DNA from: Macrostomum hystrix
Taxonomy: Eukaryota; Animalia; Platyhelminthes
Length of the DNA: 64,000 nt
Direction of reading: 5' to 3'
Assembly: GCA_950097015.1 (NCBI GenBank)
Contig: CATNEN010000001.1
Coordinates: forward strand, 620,001 to 684,000
A program made the translations under genes and the position numbers. The notes beneath the pieces are model-generated. The model was not told the DNA's origin. It did no database searches and saw only the letters and a list, made by a program, of their open reading frames with translations. This document shows, one piece after another, positions 48,907-58,500 of this stretch (its first letter is position 1; each line of letters starts with the position of its first letter).

Positions 48907-49707
48907 TTAAATTACAGTTCTTTTTTCTTTGTTGATCATCACAAACTGGTAAGGTTGATTCCACTTTTCATAGCAAAGATTAACGAATTCCTCCTGTGAA
49001 ATCTTTCTGTTGGAGTTTTTTGTTGGATTTGCAAAATTGGCAGGCGCAATGACCTCATTGTAAAATCTTTTTAGCCTGTCCTGTGGAATTGTTGGAAACA
49101 GGAGGATCAGATTGCAGTTCCCGCGAATTGTTTTGTTCGGGAGCTCGAACCAGTTCTGGGCAATGTAAATCACGTTACAATTGTTGTGCCGTCCTCTTGT
49201 AAAATAGTTTTCTATCTGCTTCTGTGGGCCTGTCATGCAATCATCAAAGACAATCAAATGTTTTCTCCCCTTTTCTAGCTCATCTGGTTGGGGTAGAAGT
49301 TTGGTCTTAGGATCAACCTGCGGATCTCCGTATGTGAACACTTTAATGTTCTGCCATTTTTCATTGTCTTTGAGGTGCTTTGCAAATTCGGCAGCTACAA
49401 TTTCTGGGTTACTGGGAAGGCTCTTTTGGTTATTAAAACATTGAATAATGTGTTCTTTGTGCAGTCTGTTTTGAAGTCCAGAGATCAACATTTTATACTC
49501 ATCTTGATACAGGGTGGGAGAGTAGATGTGTAGAGTGTCATAGTCGATAAAGCCAGGTCTAAGAAGCATGTTAAAGACTCTGAATGTTTTGCCTGAACCT
49601 GACGAACCAACAACAATGCATCTGAAGTGACTCGGGATTGACTCATGATGAGAAAACTTAATCTGATTACGTGTCCAGTGAGGATTGAAGTCGTTTGAAA
49701 AGTCCAT
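48907..49707 (-). CDS. A32/FtsK-like genome packaging ATPase, 266 aa
   Basis: Walker A GSSGSGKT, Walker B LIVFDD, and RGRHNNCNVIYIAQ. Confidence 0.95.
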   Translation of the reverse strand: MDFSNDFNPHWTRNQIKFSHHESIPSHFRCIVVGSSGSGKTFRVFNMLLRPGFIDYDTLHIYSPTLYQDEYKMLISGLQNRLHKEHIIQCFNNQKSLPSNPEIVAAEFAKHLKDNEKWQNIKVFTYGDPQVDPKTKLLPQPDELEKGRKHLIVFDDCMTGPQKQIENYFTRGRHNNCNVIYIAQNWFELPNKTIRGNCNLILLFPTIPQDRLKRFYNEVIAPANFANPTKNSNRKISQEEFVNLCYEKWNQPYQFVMINKEKRTVI

Positions 49708-49752
49708 TTTTCTATGATTAAAAAAAATTAAAAAAAAGTAAATCATTTAGAA

Positions 49753-49891
49753 TATGTGTCTAGGACTTAGATGTGTCTAGGACTTAGATGTGTCTATTTG
49801 GGACTTAGATGTGTCTATTTGGGACTTAGATGTGTCTATTTGGGACTTAGATGTGTCTATTTGGGACTTAGATGTGTCTTTTTGGGACTAG
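49753..49891. repeat. 21-bp tandem repeat GGGACTTAGATGTGTCTATTT (with shorter variants) upstream of the ATPase gene
   Basis: About 6-7 copies between the ATPase start and the stop of the 139-aa ORF. Confidence 0.9.
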
Positions 49892-49932
49892 TCTTGTACC
49901 CTTACATGTCTTGTACCCTCGAAAAGCACCCT

Positions 49933-50352
49933 TTAGTCAAATTTGAAACCACTTCCTTTTTTAATGCTAGCTATGCTGGCTCTCATCTTCTCGTAGATTG
50001 CAGGGTCCACACTGTCTGGATTCGGGGCCAGCGGAGCCAGCGGAGCCAGCGGAGCCAGCGGAGCCAGCGGAGCCATTGGTGGCTGAATATCTTGTGTTAC
50101 AGTATCCTTTATCTTTTTAGCCGCAGTGACAACGCTTCCCACAGATTCAGCCACGTTCTTAATATTATCTTTGTTCTCACTAATGACTTTAAAGACCCGA
50201 GCACCCTGTGCAATTATATCAGCAAGACCATTCCCGGAGCGTTCTTTCCTCGGATAGTGGCCTGCCGGGAAAAGTCCGGATCCACGCTTAATTAGATTAA
50301 GTTCCTCCTTGTCATAGTATTTGTCCACGTCTTTTTCGAAAATAATCGGCAT
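49933..50352 (-). CDS. Hypothetical virion-associated precursor with GxG motifs, 139 aa
   Basis: KRGSG-LF, RSGNG-LADIIAQGARVF (amphipathic), C-terminal KKGSG-FKFD, and an (APL)n repeat. Confidence 0.7.
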   Translation of the reverse strand: MPIIFEKDVDKYYDKEELNLIKRGSGLFPAGHYPRKERSGNGLADIIAQGARVFKVISENKDNIKNVAESVGSVVTAAKKIKDTVTQDIQPPMAPLAPLAPLAPLAPLAPNPDSVDPAIYEKMRASIASIKKGSGFKFD

Positions 50353-50369
50353 TTTTATTAGGGAAGAAA

Positions 50370-51551
50370 TTATTTTTTGTTAAAACGTGAAAGCAGAAGC
50401 TCTCTTGCCCGTTTGTCGATATACTTCTTTTCCATCATTTTGTCCAGGATGTTGACAAATTCTTTTCTATTTTCGTCTTTCATGCCAGTCTTTGCAGCTC
50501 CAAGAAGAACAGCCACTCGCTTATAGATGTCAGAAATTCCTTTTCCTTGAAATGATTGGTCGGCAGAGGACTGGTCGGTGGAGGACTGGGGTGAACTCTC
50601 AACTGCTCTTTGTTGTGGTGTGAACACTCTTGCTTTGATTTTATTCATTTGAGCTGGGGAGAAATTTTCTAGTTGTTGCCAGGCATCTGGGTGATCATTT
50701 TTATATTTAGCTACTTGAGTCGGATCTGCATTTTCAAGGGCACTGAGTATGTCTTCGGGTTTGATTGTTTGTTGCTGCTGTGGCGGTTGCTGCTGGGGCG
50801 GTTGCTGCTGGGGCGGTTGCTGCTGTGGCGGTTGCTGTTCTAGATATTTTATGGCATCTTCTTGATCTGGCAAACCAAACCATTGTTTAAAATGCTTGTA
50901 CTTTTTGAATCTAGTCAGGATGACACCGTTGTCATGCATTATTTTCAGAACTTGTGGGACCTTTAGTATTTCTATATCTCTTGCAAGAGCAAAACTCACT
51001 AGATCTCTATAGTTCTTTAGCTGCTTGTCCGAAATTTTCTCTTGGTTTTTAGTCATAAAATTCAGTAAGGTTTCTGTGTAAATTATTCTCTTAGTTTCTG
51101 AGCCTTTGACAACAGAAATATGGTTCTTGTTTATGTCGATATAATATTCCACTGGTTCATTATAAATGTTTTTTCTCCACATACTTATTCCAAATACATA
51201 TTTCCCATCATGTTCTACACGTTCTACTGGTCCAAAAATGTTATCTGTCACTTTTAGTTGTGACTGTTGTGGGACTTGGACTTGCGGATCTGCAGATTGT
51301 TGTATCTGCGGTGCTTCTGGAATTTTGCCCAAAGCCTTTTGCACCTGGGTTTCCTGTATGTCGTCAATAGTTTCTTTGACTTGATCAATATTTTTCTTAG
51401 CTTCTCCATACCCGGGTTTATGAAACTCTGTGGCTGCTTGGACAAACTCATTGTAGGATTGTTGCTCCTTATTGATTAGCCCGGTAACTCTCTTTTCTGC
51501 TTGTGCTAGCTTCTCCAATTCAGATATTTGGTGCGCATTTTTTCGCTTCAT
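50370..51551 (-). CDS. Polinton hypothetical protein, 393 aa
   Basis: Long ORF divergent from the MCP gene. N-terminal helical region, (QQQPP)n repeat, C-terminal GKG-ISDIYKRVAVLLGAAKTG...EFVNILDKM. Confidence 0.75.
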   Translation of the reverse strand: MKRKNAHQISELEKLAQAEKRVTGLINKEQQSYNEFVQAATEFHKPGYGEAKKNIDQVKETIDDIQETQVQKALGKIPEAPQIQQSADPQVQVPQQSQLKVTDNIFGPVERVEHDGKYVFGISMWRKNIYNEPVEYYIDINKNHISVVKGSETKRIIYTETLLNFMTKNQEKISDKQLKNYRDLVSFALARDIEILKVPQVLKIMHDNGVILTRFKKYKHFKQWFGLPDQEDAIKYLEQQPPQQQPPQQQPPQQQPPQQQQTIKPEDILSALENADPTQVAKYKNDHPDAWQQLENFSPAQMNKIKARVFTPQQRAVESSPQSSTDQSSADQSFQGKGISDIYKRVAVLLGAAKTGMKDENRKEFVNILDKMMEKKYIDKRARELLLSRFNKK

Positions 51552-51580
51552 TTCTTATTTTATTTTTTTAGTTTAAAAAA

Positions 51581-52867
51581 ATGAACGACCCACTGACACC
51601 AGTTTTCTACAAAATTAACAAGCCTATTTTGAGTGATGATAGCACAATCAAAGCGACTCAAGTAAGAGTTCCCAGTCAGGAAAATCAGAATGAAACTAAT
51701 CTTGGTCCTGGTCAAACACTGACATTCACCTACAATGGATGTTCGTCTCTGGTTAGTGTGCACAGTCTTAAGAGCGGCTTCCATATGACATTTCAATTCA
51801 AGACAAAGGGAGGTGCGGATGCAGCTCATGCTAACGTTGACAAGCATGATGCAGATGTGGCTCTGATCAGTAACTTTTGGGCGTACATGTTCAAGGAGTT
51901 TAGTGTATCGAATGGGAGCACAGAGTTGGAGCGAATCGCCAACTTTGGAGTTGTCTATGACGCTCATTGTTTGATCGAGAATCCAGATTTTATTCAGTTG
52001 GGGAGTGGTGCAGGTTTCGTTGCAGATGAAAAAGAAGGAGATATCAATGACAGTGGCTATAAAAAGAGGAAGAAGAGATACAACTATGCATTGCAAGGTG
52101 CTGATGATGCTGCTAAGAACCCGCTGTATCGGTCTGTTGATGTATTCGTACCACTGAGATTCATGAGTGGATTCTGTAATACATTTAATCGACTGACTAG
52201 TAACTTCAGCTACACCTTTAAGATGACTAGAGATGATCGCAGTAGAGCGTTGTGGACTGGGGCGGACCACACTAGGATGGAGGTGAAGCTAACCGGAATC
52301 GAGCTGTATTTGGAAGTCATTGAGCCAAAGACCGCACTAAAAGCAGACTATCTCAAGGCAATAGAGAAGGACATTGATGTCGCCTACACGGCCTACATGT
52401 GTCGAGATGAGCGAAACGAAACCAGAACAAACATCTGCATTAAAGAGGGATCATGCAGCAATCCTAGGTATATTATTATTAACATGAGAAACCCAAATAA
52501 CATTATACGCTACATGCATGGAGATGTGCGGTCCATTCAGCATGAAATCAGTGATAATCTTTACCCCGCACTGCCACAAAATGGAAATTTCAGTCAGAAC
52601 AAGATTAGCAAATTTTACAGCGAGTTGGTCGACTTGGCTGTGAAAGAGAACAATGGAATTGCTATCACTGCTCTTCAATATGGAACTCTTTATCCGATGT
52701 TTGGCGCTGATGTGTCTGCCAGACAAATGCCTACTGACAACAGCCCTGTGAATATCGTGACTAACATTGAGAGGACTGCCGCAACTGCTGTTGACCTGTA
52801 CATTATCTATGCGTTCGAGAGGAAGGTGAAGCTTAACATGATCAACAATTCATCCAGTAAAGTTTAA
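51581..52867 (+). CDS. Major capsid protein (double jelly-roll), 428 aa
   Basis: Size, beta-rich pattern, VFVPLRFMSGFC motif, and position immediately upstream of the minor capsid gene. Fold inferred, not computed. Confidence 0.8.
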   Translation: MNDPLTPVFYKINKPILSDDSTIKATQVRVPSQENQNETNLGPGQTLTFTYNGCSSLVSVHSLKSGFHMTFQFKTKGGADAAHANVDKHDADVALISNFWAYMFKEFSVSNGSTELERIANFGVVYDAHCLIENPDFIQLGSGAGFVADEKEGDINDSGYKKRKKRYNYALQGADDAAKNPLYRSVDVFVPLRFMSGFCNTFNRLTSNFSYTFKMTRDDRSRALWTGADHTRMEVKLTGIELYLEVIEPKTALKADYLKAIEKDIDVAYTAYMCRDERNETRTNICIKEGSCSNPRYIIINMRNPNNIIRYMHGDVRSIQHEISDNLYPALPQNGNFSQNKISKFYSELVDLAVKENNGIAITALQYGTLYPMFGADVSARQMPTDNSPVNIVTNIERTAATAVDLYIIYAFERKVKLNMINNSSSKV

Positions 52868-52890
52868 ATATTTTTTTTCGGGGCTGAAAA

Positions 52891-53691
52891 ATGGAAGCGA
52901 TTGCTGAAAGACTAAATAATATTATTTCTCACTCTAAGGAGAGCATTCCTATTACAATAGCTGGGCGAATTAATGACGCAAACGGGATATTTGTTGAAAA
53001 ATTAGAGCAGGCGATTCGTCTGGATCCAGGTGCTAATTACCATGTATATCTTAACGACTTCACTGGTTGGTCAAACGTTCCCAATGTGACAGCAGCAAAT
53101 AATAAGTTTCATTACAAATGGAAAGGTGTAGCAGCAGCAGAAACTGTGGTATTCCCTGTGAGCACGCAAAGTGTGGATACCTACAATTACTTTCTAGAAA
53201 GTGTTTTTACTAAAAGAGGCCATTTTGAGACACCCAATGCGAGTAAGCCAGAGCAGAAACTGTTCCCTGTCAAACTATCCTATGATCTCACTGTAATGAG
53301 AGTGGTCATGCAAGTTCACAAAGATGCTGAGGTTGAATTTAAAGATGACACATGGTATAGGGAATTGGGATTCGAGAAGAAAGTGTATAAAAGCGGTCTG
53401 TTCTTAGCACCTAATATCGCAGACATTGTAAAGGGTTTGAATATTCTAATCAGAAGTAATCTCAGTCTTGATTGGGTGTTTAAGGGAAAGCGAACGAATA
53501 TTTTGTACAACATCTCAAACTCTGTTGCTGGAGGACAGATGCTGGTAGAGAAACCAAATCCAGTGAAAAGAGTTGTGCTAAGTAATAAGGAGATTCACGA
53601 GATTGAGCTGCAGTTTGAGACTGAAGATGGTGTTGGCGTTGATTTCAACGGTGAAGAGTTTGTATTGACGTTGATCATTGAGAGAATGTAA
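52891..53691 (+). CDS. Minor capsid protein (penton, single jelly-roll), 266 aa
   Basis: WSNVPNVTAANNKF, ILIRSNL..ILY..GGQMLVEKPNPV and C-terminal IELQF...VDFNGEEFVLTLII, as recalled for Polinton pentons. Confidence 0.82.
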   Translation: MEAIAERLNNIISHSKESIPITIAGRINDANGIFVEKLEQAIRLDPGANYHVYLNDFTGWSNVPNVTAANNKFHYKWKGVAAAETVVFPVSTQSVDTYNYFLESVFTKRGHFETPNASKPEQKLFPVKLSYDLTVMRVVMQVHKDAEVEFKDDTWYRELGFEKKVYKSGLFLAPNIADIVKGLNILIRSNLSLDWVFKGKRTNILYNISNSVAGGQMLVEKPNPVKRVVLSNKEIHEIELQFETEDGVGVDFNGEEFVLTLIIERM

Positions 53692-54381
53692 GCTGCCTAA
53701 TGATTTCTGCAAAGTTATAGTAGCTGTCGTAGTCCTTGACGTAGGTTACTCCATACTTATGAAACCAGTGACTCTTAACTGCTAGATTAATATTAGGGAC
53801 ATTGATATCGACGTTGGGACAATATTTCTTCATGTACTCGCTGCATTCTTGTTTGCATTGGTACTTACTCTTGTAATTAGGCTCATGACTTTTGTAATAA
53901 GATCCTGGAGAGACGATTGGGAGCATTTTTAATAAGAATTTAATTTTTTTTCGGAGGATGAGCACCCAAGGTTTGGGGTCTTGATTGGGATTTTAGTGCT
54001 AATTTGATTGTCTTGGCACGCTTTTTGCAGCTTCGCTATTTTGTGCATGATCTCTTAGGGAGTGGCTGCGATAATTTTTTTTGTCCAAGATGTGCAACTC
54101 ACAAACTGGAAAGTATTTTTTTTTGGCGGGGGAACCTTGTTCCTTCAGGAAAGGTAATGGTTTGTGCATTAAGGAGGCTGCGATAATTTTTGTCCTAGAT
54201 ATTCAACTTACAAACTGATGTGGGATATTAAAAGTAGAGAATTTAGAATATGGAGACGGAGTTTTTAGAGGGGCGAGGACCCTTTTTTTCCTGATCTCTT
54301 CGGGAATAATAAAAGTAATGGTTTGTGGATAATGGAGGCTGCGATTATTTTTGTCCTAGAAGCCCCCTCTTGCATACTACT
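53414..54381 (-). repeat. Right terminal inverted repeat of the Polinton
   Basis: Reverse complement of 39000-39970; includes the 3' third of the minor capsid gene. Confidence 0.96.
53675..53926 (-). CDS. 83-aa TIR-encoded hypothetical protein (right copy)
   Basis: Mirror of 39458-39709. Convergent with the minor capsid gene and overlaps its 3' end by 17 nt. Confidence 0.6.
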   Translation of the reverse strand: MLPIVSPGSYYKSHEPNYKSKYQCKQECSEYMKKYCPNVDINVPNINLAVKSHWFHKYGVTYVKDYDSYYNFAEIIRQLTFSQ

Positions 54382-54510
54382 TTACATTCTCTTCTGAGAT
54401 CTTATTGCTTTATTATTAACATTTAGGTGTTAAAAAGAATAATTTTGTTTTATAACATTTTCACGAAAATACACAATTCCTCTCTTTTCCAAGAAAATAG
54501 TGACTCCGTA

Positions 54511-57281
54511 GGGTGTGTATAAAGCCAGGGCTCGGCTGGAGGTCAGTGGCATTAAAACAAAGTTTTTTTTATAGTTAGTCTAGCATTTAAAATAAAGAAC
54601 CAAATTTGCAATATTGTCTCCATTGTACAAAAAATCTAAAAATTACACTCTTTGGTTATATTTTGACTTTTTAGATATTGTTACGAGAAAAAATTTAACT
54701 TCTTAGCTTACCGTAAGATTTAGCTAATGTTTTCTTTAACTAGAAGCACAATTAAGCACATCTGTTTCCGACTCTTTGATAATATCACGAAGGTGTCCTA
54801 AAACAGAAGCAGTGCTTGACTCTGTGCATAATTTTGTGTCCCAAGTCATCATTAATTAATTGTTTTATGTTCTTTAAAAGTCGAATTGCAGTTAAAAGTA
54901 ACATTAAACGACAGTGAGACATATATAGTGATTTTATATGACGTTTATTTGTCGTCAGCTGTTTTTTTCAAAAGAAAAAATAATTTAACGAACGGAAGTA
55001 AAATATTGCCTGAAATTGTGCACACAAAAAAATTTTAATTTTCATGGAGGCTTTTATTTAGTATCAAAGTTAATTTGTAAACTTTGAAAAAATCGGTACA
55101 GTTGGACAGCTTAGTGCTAGAATAGTGTTAAGGATCTTAATTTATCAAATAAATTCATAAGGAAAAATGTAGCGAATGATATGGCTGTATTCCAGAAATT
55201 TTCTTGAAAAAAAATTCATATTGAACATTAGAAACATTATAGAACCTTAAGGAGCAGGTGGGTTGATTCACATCATAGAATCTTAGTGCAATAAAAACTT
55301 CAAGCCACAAGCCATACATATATATAACATACATAACTTTTTGTTTATAATGCTTCAAAACTGAAAAAGAGAGGAACACATGTTTAGTTGAAGTAAGGTC
55401 GATATGCAAAAAATCAAGACTAATTTGTGAAACGACTTTTGTGTTCTTGTGGTTTGCTACTGGGCGTGAGAATTATGCAAAGAAACGATAGGAAAAGAAT
55501 TGTTAGTATTATACAATTTTAAGCACGTTTCAAGCAACAAGAATACAAAAAGAATTAACGGATTCAGCGAAATATGTTTTGCGCAGATTTTTTACAATTA
55601 CTGCCGGTTGAACGAACGCTACACTTGCAGTCACTTGGCATCACTTGCAACTTGCAAATAAGTAAAATTGCAAATGCATATCAATATTGAAGTAACTTTT
55701 GAAATACGTTTCCTGTCTAGCTTTGACCTTTAACCTTTAGATTTCACATTTCAGTATAAAATCGACCAAATTGTTCCTTATTACTGACAATACTTTCACA
55801 CAATAAGCAAAGTTTTAAGTTTGTAGTTCTTGATACATAATCCGCCAGCAATCACTTTTCTGACTATTATGGCATAAAACTGGTTAGAGCAACTAAAATC
55901 AAAGCAAAAAAACAACACAACATTTATTTTTTCTACTAAATAGCTTGTGTTTCAGAAACGAATGAAATCCATGATGAATACTTTTGAATTTTACAAAAGT
56001 TTAAAATTTTTGTGTGCGCAATTTCATTACGTAATTTTTAAGTGCATATGCATAGAAACAATGTTAAAAACATTGAAAAAAACATATTGAGGTTTGCAAA
56101 TAATAAATTATTAGCAAAATAAATGTTTCTTTGTTATAACCTTGCTGATCTATCCAATCAGATTAAATTCCATCGACGCATGAAATTTTAGTTTTAGCTT
56201 TTTCTAAACATATCGGTTACCTTTTTCGTGACAAATTCAGTCAACATACGCTAATAAGTACGAGTATAAAAAGTTCAATTATTTAGAGAAATGGTTAGAA
56301 GTTATATTAAAAAACATATATTGGTGTTGTTAGACGATTGCAGCTGGTCAGTGTAAACTTTGATCGAAAACACTCTCAGACAAAAATGCTTGCCGACAGA
56401 TTCGAACCAAAATGTCTTGTAACAAGTCAAGCGTCCCAGAAGATAGGCTAGCGGATATTAGCAAGCTGGACGCCACTATAACTATTTTAAGACTTTACTT
56501 TCAGCTGCACTTTAAGTTTGTATCTTAAAGATTCACGGTTGAAGTTATAGATTTTAAAGACATCTTTTAAGAAATGGCTCCAATTTTACTCGAAATGAGA
56601 GCTGTTCAGTTCTCGCTTAATCATGTCGTGTCGGTTAAACAATTATACCGATATGATAACTTGTAAAAAGTGAAAAAATCGTTGTAAAAATTATTATTGG
56701 AGGTTCGAACCAGTAGATCCCCATTTAGATCCCCATATCGATGCGAATGGCTAAGACCAATAAGCGATTGTCGTAACTCTTTCAGACATAATATTTTTAC
56801 TTTTATACAATATCCTAGAGTGAGTCCCAGAGAGCTTCGAGTTGTTTTCTATTTATGTGTGATAATTTTTGTCTCATTGTCGTTTAATGTTACTTTTTTG
56901 CTGCAATTCGACTTTTAAAGAACATAAAACAATTAATTAATGATGACTTGAGACACAAAATTATGCACAGAGTCAAGCACTGCTTCTGTTTTAGGACACT
57001 TTCGTGATATTATCAAAGAGTCGGAAACAGATGTGCTTAATTGTGCTTCTAGTTAAAGAAAACATTAGCTAAATCTTACGGTAAGCTAAGAAGTTAAATT
57101 TTTTCTCGTAACAATATCTAAAAAGTCAAAATATAACCAAAGAGTGTAATTTTTAGATTTTTTGTACAATGGAGACAATATTGCAAATTTGGTTCTTTAT
57201 TTTAAATGCTAGACTAACTATAAAAAAAACTTTGTTTTAATGCCACTGACCTCCAGCCGAGCCCTGGCTTTATACACACCC
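54511..57281. mobile_element. Non-autonomous DNA transposon, 2771 bp, with ~410-bp TIRs and 8-bp TSD ACTCCGTA
   Basis: GGGTGTGTATAAAGCCAGGG... (54511-~54921) is inverted at ~56870-57281. TSD at 54503-54510 and 57282-57289. AT-rich non-coding interior. Confidence 0.9.
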
Positions 57282-58500
57282 ACTCCGTAGGACTTCTACG
57301 ATATTGCGAATGCATTCGTATTCGTATGTATTCAGATAAGGATAATTAAACTTAGGACCTAAATTAATGTATCTAAATTTTTATATGATATCCAAATAGT
57401 GTTATTATCATCAAAAATTAATAATTGCGATTTTTCTCGTAGTTTTCAATGAAAGTTTCTCAGTGAATCATCTCGATTCTTGCATCGCAGCATGTTTTGC
57501 TTTTGTCTTTTGCTTTTAAGTACTTCAAGAGCGAAATTAACTATTCTGATTTGGAAATTTTCTTTGTTTATATGTTGCATTATTGTTTAGGTAACAAATT
57601 ACTTTTACTTCGGTTTAATCGCTAGATGTGATGGTTAACTAGTTGGAAACAAAAAGCTAATTGGTTTAAAACAGATTGGGTGAATGTCTCTTGTGACAAA
57701 TAATAGAAATCTCAGACATATTTTTAAAAAACATTATCAAATCCTGAGACTAGAGTTATATTTAAAGTCAACATTACTAGTTATTTATGAATATTATACT
57801 TTCTGAGCATATCCTTCTTTTGTCTCTATAATTTTAAGACAACAAATTACAAATTCTATATAAATTCCATAAAATATTTGTTGAAATCATATTTGATGCA
57901 CTTTTGACTTACTTGAATGACTTACTCATTTTTACTTACTTTTGACTTGACCATCTTGTGATCAGATTAACCTCTTTTTACTAACAAGACTATACTATTT
58001 GTCTCATTCAAATGCTCATTTTCACTTTTGTTTTCACTTTCTTTCCTATTTATAGTGCCCTAATTGTATATAATTTTGAACAGCTATTTAAATTATCCAA
58101 ACAAACATGTAATAACATTGGCAAAAAGGATTTGCCTGAGCCAAATTTACTACTACTTCAATCCTGTGCACCCAAAATGTTTGCAGTTTGCTGTCAGCCA
58201 GGGTAAGAAAATATGTGATTAATAGTGGATTAGTCACTTTTTATAAATCAGTTTAAGTAAGTGAGTTTAGCTAAAAATGGCTATTGGTACCATTATCTTT
58301 CAATGTGTTGTATTCTTTTTGTTATTTTGACTTGTTTATTAACAGATAAATAGTGATTGTTGATTCTAATAACTTCAGTCTCAAGTAATCAGAAAACAAG
58401 TAGCAGAAAAATTCAAAAAGCAATACAGGGTGCCTTTTGAACTTTATTTGCATGTTAAATAAGCTTAATTATCTTACACTTTTTCACTTACAGATGCCAC

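Larger units (their letters stand above)
39000..54381. mobile_element. Complete Polinton/Maverick (adintovirus-like endogenous virus), 15,382 bp
   Basis: Termini AGTAGT...ACTACT. 6-bp TSD TTACAT at 38994-38999 and 54382-54387. ~970-bp TIRs. INT, pPolB, PRO, ATPase, MCP and mCP ORFs are all uninterrupted. Confidence 0.97.

Noticed and set aside
49771-50295. 174-aa ORF with (LGLRCVY)n
   Set aside because: Derived from the 21-bp repeat plus the antisense of the 139-aa gene.
51560-52270. 236-aa minus-strand ORF
   Set aside because: Antisense shadow of the major capsid gene.
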